Positions 17,933 to 25,837 of a stretch of DNA of 32,000 bases are shown piece after piece. The position numbers and the translations under genes are program-made. The DNA is from Candidatus Saccharimonadota bacterium. Lineage in GTDB: Bacteria; Patescibacteriota; Gracilibacteria; UBA1369; 2-02-FULL-48-14. The stretch covers positions 420,001 through 452,000 of the forward strand of contig CP064962.1 of the NCBI GenBank assembly GCA_016699145.1. The letters run 5' to 3'. Position 1 is the stretch's first letter; every line of letters starts with the position of its first letter. Under the pieces are notes generated by a model. It was not told the origin of the DNA, did no database searches, and saw nothing but the letters and a program-made list of their open reading frames with translations.

Positions 17933-19068
17933 TCCGAGTCACGAAGGATCTGCACAAAGAAACTCGCAAAGCACGTTTGGATGCCGAGGATCATCAGTGT
18001 GGACGTGAGCGCCAGCAGGTTCGCCTCATTCAGATTTTTGAAGCCCGCTTGGATCCATTCATAGACCACAAAAACGTCGCAGCCAAAACCGACAGCAAAG
18101 AGGAGCAGCCCAAGCACAAGACCCCGTTCCAAACTGAAACACTTATAAAAAGAGGCAAGCGTGGTGTCTTTGAATTGAAAGGGCTGGGTCTGAGCAAAAG
18201 CCCGCGCCTGCATGCCTGTGATCAGAAGTTGATAGCCAAGAATCGCAAGCAAACTTCCAAGCAAGGATGAGTGCGTATCGAAGACGATGCCCGACACTTC
18301 CACCGGCCCACGGAACAAGATCAGCATCAAAAAAAATCCAAGCACCATGAAGGCGAGTCCCGGCACAAGAAACAAATACTTGGGACTGTAAAGAAACATG
18401 AATTTGAGGTGCCTCCAACCATCACTCCAGGTGTTCAAATGCGGCGGACGGTTGCGCTTATCTTTATATAAAGTGATGGGAATTTCCTTGATTTTCAAAT
18501 GCAAAAGCCCACTTTTGATGAGCATTTCAGATGCAAACTCCATGCCCTGTGAACTGAGCCGCAGCCGCTCGAAGGCTTCTTTGGTGAGGCAGCGCATGCC
18601 CGAGTTGCAGTCAGAAATTTTGAGCTTAAACAAACGGTTCAACAAAAAGGTGAGAACCGGCGTGCCCAAGTAACGATGCAAAAAGGGCATGGCTCCAGGC
18701 TCAATTCGACCCTTGAGACGCGTGCTCATCACCAGGTCGTAACCCTTTTCAATCTCCTCCAAAAAAGGATCGATTTCCTCAAAGTTGTAAGAGTCGTCGG
18801 CATCGCCCATCAGTAAACACTTGCCCCGTGCCGCTTGCATACCTGCGATGAGAGCGCAGCCGTAACCGCGCTGAGGCACATGCACGACGCGCGCTCCGAG
18901 CTCCTCCGCGATTGCAATGCTACGATCGGTGGATCCGTTGTCCGCCACAATCACTTCACCCTCAATTCCAAGACGCTTCAAAGAGGCCTTAGCTTTTTTC
19001 ACCACAAGGCCGAGCGTCTGCTCTTCGTTCAAACACGGGATGACAATAGAAAGCATCATGGCCCTCAT
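17917..19068 (-). CDS. Family 2 glycosyltransferase with C-terminal TM helices (polyprenyl-phosphate sugar synthase, ArnC/GtrB/DPM1-like)
   Basis: Motifs SIVIPCLNEEQTL, ADNGSTDRS and GDADDSY (DxD), followed by 4 C-terminal TM segments. Confidence 0.8.
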   Translation of the reverse strand: MRAMMLSIVIPCLNEEQTLGLVVKKAKASLKRLGIEGEVIVADNGSTDRSIAIAEELGARVVHVPQRGYGCALIAGMQAARGKCLLMGDADDSYNFEEIDPFLEEIEKGYDLVMSTRLKGRIEPGAMPFLHRYLGTPVLTFLLNRLFKLKISDCNSGMRCLTKEAFERLRLSSQGMEFASEMLIKSGLLHLKIKEIPITLYKDKRNRPPHLNTWSDGWRHLKFMFLYSPKYLFLVPGLAFMVLGFFLMLILFRGPVEVSGIVFDTHSSLLGSLLAILGYQLLITGMQARAFAQTQPFQFKDTTLASFYKCFSLERGLVLGLLLFAVGFGCDVFVVYEWIQAGFKNLNEANLLALTSTLMILGIQTCFASFFVQILRDSDQRRR

Positions 19069-20042
19069 TAAAGCGTAAGATGGCGCTTTTCAAAAGCCCA
19101 GGCACTCTCGATCATATCCTGCAGATTTTTCGTCGCCTTCCAACCCAGCAGCTCTCGGGCCTTATCACAGGACGCCAGAAGGTTTGGAACATCACCCGAA
19201 CGAGGCTCGCACTCCCGGATACGAGCTGCCGTGCCCATCACGCGGGCGCAAAGTTTCACCACCTCCAAAACCGAATGACTTGTCTCTGTGCCCAGGTTCA
19301 CAAAAGCGTTCTCATGCCCGGCAACCAAGTACTCCAGCCCCAATCGATGCGCTTCCGCGATATCCGTCACGTGAAGGTAGTCGCGCAGACAAGTGCCATC
19401 CGGCGTATCGTAGTCGGTGCCATAGACTTCCACCGCTTCATTTTTACTCAGCTTCTTAAAGACCGAGCGGATGAGGTGCGTCTCGGGCTCGTGCAACTCG
19501 CCATAACGTGCATCCGCCGAAGCTCCAGCCGCATTGAAGTAACGAAAGGACAAAAATCGTAAGCCACGCGTCTCATACTCGCTGAGCAAATCTTCAAAAA
19601 CCATCTTCGTTTTGCCATACACCGACACCGGCTCTCGCACATGTTGCTCCGTGATCGGTAAGGTCAGTGGCACCCCATACACCGAAGCTGACGAGGAAAA
19701 AATCAGGCGAGCGCACTCGTGCGCGAGCATCACCTCCAGTAAAACGCGTCCTGCCTCCACATTGTTGATGGCATATTTCTCCGGCTCAGACTGCGACTCC
19801 ACGACCACGCTCAAGGCCGCTAAATGAAAGACTGCTTCAAAAGCATGGCGTGCAAAAACAGAATCCAAAAGGGCACGATCCTGCAAAGAGCCTTCATAAA
19901 AAATCGCATCTGGGTGAAGCAGCTCGCGGTGACCCGTACTCAAATTGTCGACGATCACCACGTGGTAGCCCGCCTCAATGAGCATCGCCACCAAGTTCGA
20001 TCCAATATAACCCGCGCCACCGGTGACAAGAAGCTCCTTCAT
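19068..20042 (-). CDS. galE: UDP-glucose 4-epimerase
   Basis: Rossmann motif VTGGAGYIGSN, catalytic YGKTK (YxxxK). 324 aa. Confidence 0.85.
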   Translation of the reverse strand: MKELLVTGGAGYIGSNLVAMLIEAGYHVVIVDNLSTGHRELLHPDAIFYEGSLQDRALLDSVFARHAFEAVFHLAALSVVVESQSEPEKYAINNVEAGRVLLEVMLAHECARLIFSSSASVYGVPLTLPITEQHVREPVSVYGKTKMVFEDLLSEYETRGLRFLSFRYFNAAGASADARYGELHEPETHLIRSVFKKLSKNEAVEVYGTDYDTPDGTCLRDYLHVTDIAEAHRLGLEYLVAGHENAFVNLGTETSHSVLEVVKLCARVMGTAARIRECEPRSGDVPNLLASCDKARELLGWKATKNLQDMIESAWAFEKRHLTL

Positions 20043-20413
20043 GCACGATGACGAAAAAGAATAAAATTATAGACCGTGAAATTGATGAGCGCGCTGAGAC
20101 CAAACGAAGCAAGCTGCGCCAGCACACTCCATGGAAGTAGCGCCGCAAACCACACATTGAAGTGCGCGAAGGCAAACATCATCAGTACATTATAAAGGAC
20201 AAACTCTGCAAAGAGCCGCGAGTTTTTTTTAGCAAAGTTGCGTCGCGTGAAGGTCCACTTTTTATTGAGCAAAAAGCTGCTCACAATTCCACAGCCGTAG
20301 CCGAGCACCGATGCCACATACAAAGGAAGTCCGTTCCACAGCCCCACATTGAGCACCACAAACGTAATGGAAAAACTGAATAAACCCGCAGCTGCAAACT
20401 TCAAAAAATGCAT
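20039..20413 (-). CDS. GtrA-family membrane protein (lipid-linked sugar translocation)
   Basis: 124 aa, 4 TM segments. It overlaps the galE start by 4 nt, and its position upstream of a GT2 gene is typical of GtrA. Confidence 0.65.
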   Translation of the reverse strand: MHFLKFAAAGLFSFSITFVVLNVGLWNGLPLYVASVLGYGCGIVSSFLLNKKWTFTRRNFAKKNSRLFAEFVLYNVLMMFAFAHFNVWFAALLPWSVLAQLASFGLSALINFTVYNFILFRHRA

Positions 20414-20548
20414 GGACGTAGCTTAGCCGAAAAGGTCTCAACCCACAAATTCAAGCCATAACCCCCCCCTCAGATCACCCAATCTGGAACACATTTCCTA
20501 CGCGGAAAACAATTCAAAAACCGTCAATTGTTTTCAATAACATTTGCT

Positions 20549-20577
20549 TTGACGGCCTTTCATATTTTCGATAACTT
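20549..20577 (+). promoter_or_regulatory. Putative promoter of nrdJ (TTGACG, 17-nt spacer, TAACTT)
   Basis: Hexamers read at 20549..20554 and 20572..20577. The -10 element is weak. Confidence 0.25.
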
Positions 20578-20597
20578 GTGGACTACCGAAGTAAGAC

Positions 20598-20613
20598 GCA
20601 CAACATATTGTGC
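20598..20613. promoter_or_regulatory. Putative NrdR box 1 (GCACAACATATTGTGC)
   Basis: Near-perfect 16-bp palindrome matching the NrdR operator consensus acaCwAtATaTwGtgt at 11 of the 12 core positions. It lies about 95 nt upstream of the nrdJ start. Confidence 0.55.
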
Positions 20614-20629
20614 CATTCTCCCCCTTCGA

Positions 20630-20645
20630 CCCCAATATACACTTC
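20630..20645. promoter_or_regulatory. Putative NrdR box 2, a weaker half-site-quality match (CCCCAATATACACTTC)
   Basis: The left half and centre (CAATATA) match the consensus; the right half is poor. The centre-to-centre distance to box 1 is 32 bp, the spacing typical of tandem NrdR boxes. Confidence 0.35.
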
Positions 20646-20707
20646 CCACGGACTCCACCTCCTTCCGCGCGGTTTTAGTTCTTTATTTCCCCATTTTTCC
20701 CACGCGT

Positions 20708-22621
20708 ATGGCTCAATCCATCACTTTACCCGATCCAGTAGCAGCTCAAAACGAAGAACACAGCCAAAAATCAGAGATTCGTCGCCCCCAAGAAGGCAAA
20801 TCCAACTCTTCCAAGGGAATTCGCATGAAACGTCGCTTCACCCAAGCCGGCCTCGACGCCTTTGACATGATGGACTACGACCTGCGCGAATCCCGCATCA
20901 AGGAGCCAAGTGGTAAAATCGTCTTCGAAATGACCAAGGTGGAAGTGCCCACAAGCTGGTCCCAACTCGCAACCGACATCATCGCTCAAAAGTACTTCCG
21001 AAAACGTGGAGTGCCCGGAACCGAACACGAAGTCAGCGCCAAACAAACCGTGCACCGCATCGCACACACCGTGCGCACTTTTGGAATGGAACACGGCTAT
21101 TTTGCCAGCGAAGAAGATGCCGAAAGCTTCGAGCAAGAACTCAAATACATGCTCATCACCCAACGTGGGGCGTTCAACTCCCCCGTATGGTTCAATTGCG
21201 GACTTTTCCATGAATACGGAGTGACGGGAGATGGAGGCAACTACGCCTGGGATTTTGCCAAAGGCGCCGTCGTAGAAATCGACAACGCCTACGCTCGCCC
21301 TCAATGCAGTGCTTGCTTCATCCAAAAAGTGGACGATTCCCTCATGGGCATTTTTGACCTCGCCAAAAACGAAGCCAAACTCTTCAAATATGGGTCTGGA
21401 ACCGGTTCCAACTTCTCAAATCTCCGCTCCAAGTACGAAATCCTCTCGGGAGGAGGCATCTCTTCCGGACTCATGTCCTTCCTCGAAGTTTTAGACCGTG
21501 GAGCCGGAGCCATTAAATCTGGAGGAACCACTCGTCGCGCCGCCAAAATGGTGGTGGTGGATGTGGATCACCCCGAAATCAAAGACTTCGTAAACTGGAA
21601 AGTAGAATCCGAAAAAAAGGCTCGCGCCCTCATCGCCGCCGGTTACGACAGCGACTGGCGTGGAGAAGCTTACCACACCGTTTCTGGACAAAACTCCAAC
21701 AACTCCGTGCGTGTGACCGATGAATTCATGCACGCCGTAGAAAAGAATGAAAAATTCTGGACCAAACGCCGCACCGACGGAAAACCTCATGAAGAAATGG
21801 ATGCGCAAGCGCTTTTCGATGAAATCTGTAAGGCCGCTTGGGGCTGTGCCGATCCCGGACTTCAATTCGACACCACCATCAACGACTGGCACACCAGCCC
21901 TGTGAGCGGACGCATCAACGGCTCCAACCCCTGCTCCGAATACATGTTCCTCGACGACACAGCCTGCAACCTCGCCTCACTCAACTTGGTGAAGTTCATG
22001 AATGAAGACGGCAGTTTCGACATCGCCGCCTATCGCCACGCCGTGGAAATTTTCTTCCTCGCTCAAGAAATCCTCGTAGACCTCTCTTCTTACCCCACCG
22101 ATCGCATCGCCCAAAACAGCCACGACTTTCGTCCGCTGGGACTCGGCTACGCCAATCTTGGTACCCTACTCATGACCAGCGGCATCGCCTACGACAGCGA
22201 CGAAGGACGCGCCATCGCGGCCGCCCTCACCGCTATTATGCACTGCCACGCGAACGTCATGTCCGCTGAAATCGCCAAGGTGGTGGGTCCCTTTGCCGCC
22301 TACGAAAAGAACCGCGAACCCATGCTCAAAGTGATGCGCATGCATGAAGAAGCCGCCAAAGCCATCAACAAAAAGCTCTGCCCTGCAGACCTCTACGAAG
22401 CCGCTGTGGAAGACGCAGCCCTCGCCATTGAAAAAGGAGAAAAATACGGCTACCGCAACGCGCAAGCCACCGTGCTCGCCCCCACCGGAACCATCGGGCT
22501 TTTGATGGACTGCGACACCACTGGTGTGGAACCTGAATTCTCCATCGTAAAATGGAAAAAACTCGCCGGAGGAGGACACTTCAAGATCATCAACAAATCC
22601 ATCCCCAGTGCCCTCGAATGA
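20708..22621 (+). CDS. nrdJ: Class II (adenosylcobalamin-dependent) ribonucleotide reductase, N-terminal and catalytic part
   Basis: Motifs WSQLATDIIAQKYFRK, SACFIQ, GSGTGSNFSNLR, SNPCSEY, CNLASLNL. I chose the ATG at 20708 (MAQSITLP..) because the track ORF from 20528 covers the CT-rich leader. Confidence 0.85.
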   Translation: MAQSITLPDPVAAQNEEHSQKSEIRRPQEGKSNSSKGIRMKRRFTQAGLDAFDMMDYDLRESRIKEPSGKIVFEMTKVEVPTSWSQLATDIIAQKYFRKRGVPGTEHEVSAKQTVHRIAHTVRTFGMEHGYFASEEDAESFEQELKYMLITQRGAFNSPVWFNCGLFHEYGVTGDGGNYAWDFAKGAVVEIDNAYARPQCSACFIQKVDDSLMGIFDLAKNEAKLFKYGSGTGSNFSNLRSKYEILSGGGISSGLMSFLEVLDRGAGAIKSGGTTRRAAKMVVVDVDHPEIKDFVNWKVESEKKARALIAAGYDSDWRGEAYHTVSGQNSNNSVRVTDEFMHAVEKNEKFWTKRRTDGKPHEEMDAQALFDEICKAAWGCADPGLQFDTTINDWHTSPVSGRINGSNPCSEYMFLDDTACNLASLNLVKFMNEDGSFDIAAYRHAVEIFFLAQEILVDLSSYPTDRIAQNSHDFRPLGLGYANLGTLLMTSGIAYDSDEGRAIAAALTAIMHCHANVMSAEIAKVVGPFAAYEKNREPMLKVMRMHEEAAKAINKKLCPADLYEAAVEDAALAIEKGEKYGYRNAQATVLAPTGTIGLLMDCDTTGVEPEFSIVKWKKLAGGGHFKIINKSIPSALE

Positions 22622-23735
22622 GCAAATCGAAGAAATCAAAGCACACCTTGAAAAGGCCAAAACCATCGACGAATGGACGCCACACATCTCTCCAAAAGCG
22701 CTCATGTCTAAGGGTCTCAGCACACAACAAATCCAAGAAGCTCGCCTTTACTTCGAAGGCGCCCAAACACTGGAAGGTGCCCCTCACCTCAAAGAAGAAG
22801 ATCTCGCCGTGTTCGACTGCGCCAACAAGTGCGGAAACGGCAAGCGCTACATCGCCCCTCTCGGGCACGTGAAGATGATGGCCGCTGTGCAACCCTTCCT
22901 CTCCGGAGCCATTTCCAAGACCGTAAACCTACCCAACGAAGCGACCGTGCAGGACATTAAAGACACCTATTTTGAATCCTGGAAGCTGGGCCTCAAAGCC
23001 ATCGCCCTCTACCGCGACGGATGCAAGCAGTCTCAAGCCCTGAACACCAAGAGTGACTCCAAGATGGCAGATGAAGCCGCTGCTGAAGGAGTGAGCGGGC
23101 CTCTCCGTGGAACCAAACTACAAATGCCTGTGAAACGCCGTGGCATCACTGTGGAAGCGAGCATCGCCGGACAAAAGATGTTCCTCCGCACCGGTGAATA
23201 CGACGACGGCAAGCTCGGAGAAATCTTCATCGACACCTTTAAGGAAGGGGCTTCCTACCGCAGCCTGCTCAACTGTTTCGCCGTAGCCATTTCCGTGGGC
23301 CTTCAATACGGAGTGCCTCTTGAAAAATACGTGGACAACTTCACCTTCACTCGCTTCGAACCGAGCGGATTCACAACTCACCCCAACGTACGCACCGCCA
23401 CCTCTATTGTCGACTTCATCTTCAGAGTGCTCGGCATGGAATACCTCGGTCGTACCGACTTCGTGCACGTGGCCCCCAAGACCACTCAACTGGATGAAAG
23501 TCGCTCCCGCAGCCGCATCACCGAAGCGATCATGGGCGAAGCCGCCGTGGCCGCCGCAGACAATGCAAGCCCTCTTTCCACCCAGGCTCAAACCGCTGCC
23601 GACGACGGCCTCACAAAACAACTCGCCGGCATGATGGGCGACGCCCCTCTCTGCAACACTTGCGGACACGTGACCGTGCGCAACGCAACCTGTTACAAAT
23701 GTCTCAACTGCGGCAACAGCATGGGCTGCAGCTGA
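22608..23735 (+). CDS. nrdJ: Class II ribonucleotide reductase, C-terminal part, in the +1 frame relative to the first ORF with a 14-nt overlap and a GTG start
   Basis: Motifs FDCANKCGNGKRYIAPLGHVKMMAAVQPFLSGAISKTVNLPNEATV and ALYRDGCKQSQ, plus the C-terminal zinc-ribbon CNTCGH..CYKCLNCGNSMGCS. Confidence 0.85.
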   Translation: MPSNEQIEEIKAHLEKAKTIDEWTPHISPKALMSKGLSTQQIQEARLYFEGAQTLEGAPHLKEEDLAVFDCANKCGNGKRYIAPLGHVKMMAAVQPFLSGAISKTVNLPNEATVQDIKDTYFESWKLGLKAIALYRDGCKQSQALNTKSDSKMADEAAAEGVSGPLRGTKLQMPVKRRGITVEASIAGQKMFLRTGEYDDGKLGEIFIDTFKEGASYRSLLNCFAVAISVGLQYGVPLEKYVDNFTFTRFEPSGFTTHPNVRTATSIVDFIFRVLGMEYLGRTDFVHVAPKTTQLDESRSRSRITEAIMGEAAVAAADNASPLSTQAQTAADDGLTKQLAGMMGDAPLCNTCGHVTVRNATCYKCLNCGNSMGCS

Positions 23736-23766
23736 TGCAAGCTTGACGAAATCCTTAAACCAACGA

Positions 23767-23800
23767 AAAGAGGGCCCCTTCTCCACGACGGGCTCTCTTT
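23767..23800 (+). terminator. Hairpin downstream of nrdJ with an 11-bp stem (including one G-U pair) and a 12-nt loop
   Basis: AAAGAGGGCCC-cttctccacgac-GGGCTCTCTTT, read directly. The T residues lie inside the 3' arm rather than after it. Confidence 0.35.
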
Positions 23801-23802
23801 AA

Positions 23803-24017
23803 ACGTGAATCTTGAAACCTACTCTATGGCTTCATAGAGCCAATCTCCTGGATTTTAGCAATTCAAAAAGATAGCTCTTGCTCTTCACCAATTCCTATTT
23901 TACAGGTTAAAACCCCTCCCCGGGGAGGGGTTTACAGATCAAGTTTTTCAAAAATCAAACGAATGTATTTCCTTACCCCTAACTCCTAAACTGAAACTGC
24001 GGTTTCAAGATTCACGT
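23803..24017. repeat. 215-bp unit bounded by perfect 17-bp inverted repeats, with a central GC-rich palindrome (MITE-like element or large structured intergenic RNA)
   Basis: ACGTGAATCTTGAAACC at 23803..23819 is the exact reverse complement of 24001..24017. The central palindrome AAACCCCTCC-CCGG-GGAGGGGTTT lies at 23910..23933. Confidence 0.5.
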
Positions 24018-24065
24018 CTATCAGTTGAGATTTACAAAACCAAATAAAAATTGTATAATACAAGG

Positions 24066-24635
24066 ATGGAGAAGCCAAAACCAGCAACAGAACCCTTCCT
24101 GACAAGACCTGACGGATTGAGTCCTGAGCTCAAAGAGTTGTATCTGGCGAGAAATTGCGCTTGCTTGGAATTAGCATATTTTATTTCAGATTGCATTCTT
24201 CAGCAAACAGACGTTAGCCCCACTCTCTACCCTCCTACCACCATACCTTCTCGTCCGATGGAGGAAGACGAGTGGGAAATTGTCATTAAGAAGGACCCGC
24301 ACGCAAGAAGTTCGAACGTCCGACTGTATATTCAATGGCATCCTCACTCAAAACGCGCCAACGATGTAGTACATCTCAAGATACAGGCCAATGCCGCAAC
24401 AAGATTCGGGGCACAAATCAGAGAATATTTAATAAAACATCTCTTTCCTGCCCTTGGCATAGAAGTTGAAACACCTCCGCCGCCAGTAGAAATCAGAAAA
24501 GAAACGGCCAGCACAATTGAGCTAAAAGACCCAGCAGTTTTAGCAGAAATAAAAGAGAGAATTCGGGCTTTAACAGAAGCCCATAATAAGTTCATCACAG
24601 CCCGAGAAAAGGAGAAACATGGATCTTTGACCTGA
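24066..24635 (+). CDS. Hypothetical protein (about 189 aa from ATG 24066; the track ORF starts at 24051)
   Basis: ORF track entry. No family recognised. Confidence 0.45.
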   Translation: MEKPKPATEPFLTRPDGLSPELKELYLARNCACLELAYFISDCILQQTDVSPTLYPPTTIPSRPMEEDEWEIVIKKDPHARSSNVRLYIQWHPHSKRANDVVHLKIQANAATRFGAQIREYLIKHLFPALGIEVETPPPPVEIRKETASTIELKDPAVLAEIKERIRALTEAHNKFITAREKEKHGSLT

Positions 24636-24685
24636 TCAGCTTGACCTTTTAGAGCTTTATCCCTACAATCCCACTACCTTTTGTT

Positions 24686-24838
24686 ATGAACAACAACAGC
24701 AAAACTCACAATATTGTAGACCAACCCGCTTGGAGACCTAAATCCAAGCAGTGGAAGCGTCGAAACAAGGCCAAAGCTCGTCCTGGAGCCGAAGCCCGCT
24801 ATGGAGCTCTTCGAGCCGCCCTCTTGAAAGGGGCCTAA
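24686..24838 (+). CDS. Possible small, highly basic protein (50 aa), below the ORF-track size cutoff
   Basis: I translated it by hand as MNNNSKTHNIVDQPAWRPKSKQWKRRNKAKARPGAEARYGALRAALLKGA*. It has an ATG start and sits in the gap upstream of ftsQ. Confidence 0.3.
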   Translation: MNNNSKTHNIVDQPAWRPKSKQWKRRNKAKARPGAEARYGALRAALLKGA

Positions 24839-24859
24839 ATCCTTTTTTTGCCCACGCCC

Positions 24860-25837
24860 ATGGGATTTTTTTCGTCCCTACTCAGGGGCAAACCTCGGAC
24901 CTATTCTTCCAATTTTTCGAGCTACCGGTCCCTTCGAAGTGGACAACGCAAGCCCTTTGAGCCCAAACAAAGCCCTGCGGAACGCAAAAAACAAGGAGGC
25001 TTTTTTTACAAAGCAATACGCGTCTTAAAAATCTTCGCTGTCTTCGCCCTCGTGAGCGGATTGGCCTACCTCAGCTTTTTCACTTCCCTCTTTGAAATCC
25101 AAAAAATCGAGGTCACAGGCAACGAGGCCACGGCAGCAGAGCAAAGCACGCTCAACGAAAGCTTACAAGAACATTTGGGCAGAAACCTACTCATCTTCAA
25201 AACAAGGGAATTGGAGCAAAAACTCTTCGAAGAATACCCTTATTTAAGAAAATTGAACGTGGGACGAGATTTCTTCCACACTCTAACCGTAAATTTAGAA
25301 ACCTATGAAAACCTGGCCAACGTTCGTGTGGATTTTGAAAACGGCACTCAGCAGCTCTACGTGGTGAATGAACTGGGATTCGTATCGGGCACCGGCAGCA
25401 GCACCGAAAACTTGCCCACCTTGGTGATGGATGTCACAGGAACCGATTTGGACTGGACCGCACTCGAAACACTAGAAAGCGAAGAAAGCCCCGAGACCAC
25501 AGAAGGTCCAGAACCCATAAAAGGCTTCCTCTTGAACCAAGAATTGATTGAAGCGGAAGTGCTTAAAAAATTGCTCAAAGCCACCGAGGATTTCGAGGGC
25601 AAATTCAACATGCAAATCCTGGAAATTCATTACTTGAAACAAGCCCGCGAACTCCATCTGGTCACTGAGCGTTATTTCACCGTATGGATCGACCTCACTC
25701 AAGACCCGGCCTTGCAACTGGCCAAATTGAAAAAAGCGCTGAGCACTCTCAATATTTACGAGGCCGACCTCGAATACATCGACTTGAGAATTTCTGGACA
25801 GAACGGCGAAAAAGTAATATACAAATCCCATGACTAA
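24860..25837 (+). CDS. ftsQ: Cell division protein FtsQ/DivIB-like (basic cytoplasmic N-terminus, one TM segment, POTRA domain)
   Basis: TM segment IFAVFALVSGLAYLSFF followed by the POTRA-like FEIQKIEVTGNE.. The length and architecture fit FtsQ. The start is ATG 24860 or TTG 24848. Confidence 0.6.
   Translation: MGFFSSLLRGKPRTYSSNFSSYRSLRSGQRKPFEPKQSPAERKKQGGFFYKAIRVLKIFAVFALVSGLAYLSFFTSLFEIQKIEVTGNEATAAEQSTLNESLQEHLGRNLLIFKTRELEQKLFEEYPYLRKLNVGRDFFHTLTVNLETYENLANVRVDFENGTQQLYVVNELGFVSGTGSSTENLPTLVMDVTGTDLDWTALETLESEESPETTEGPEPIKGFLLNQELIEAEVLKKLLKATEDFEGKFNMQILEIHYLKQARELHLVTERYFTVWIDLTQDPALQLAKLKKALSTLNIYEADLEYIDLRISGQNGEKVIYKSHD

Noticed and set aside
20414-20707. Cobalamin riboswitch upstream of the B12-dependent nrdJ
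   Set aside because: The leader has no B12-box-like core (GCCACTG-type) and no recognisable riboswitch helices. Regulation by B12 would also be unexpected for a B12-dependent enzyme. The NrdR-box interpretation fits better.
22619-22621. TGA read as a sense codon (genetic code 4 or 25) to explain the nrdJ break
   Set aside because: Reading through in the same frame gives ..ALE-x-ANRRNQSTP followed by another TGA and loses all conserved NrdJ motifs. Those motifs resume only in the +1 frame. Many other genes in the window end cleanly at TGA.
20771-23786. Several long minus-strand ORFs (20771..21325, 21491..21892, 22166..22723, 23118..23786) across nrdJ
   Set aside because: All are antisense to conserved NrdJ motifs. 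Their compositions are Gly/Ala/His/Val-rich and typical of shadow frames.
23736-24065. tRNA or other small RNA gene in the largest intergenic gap
   Set aside because: I could find no cloverleaf-compatible arrangement or T-loop (GGTTCGAATCC-like) sequence. The structure present is better explained by the inverted-repeat element and the hairpins.
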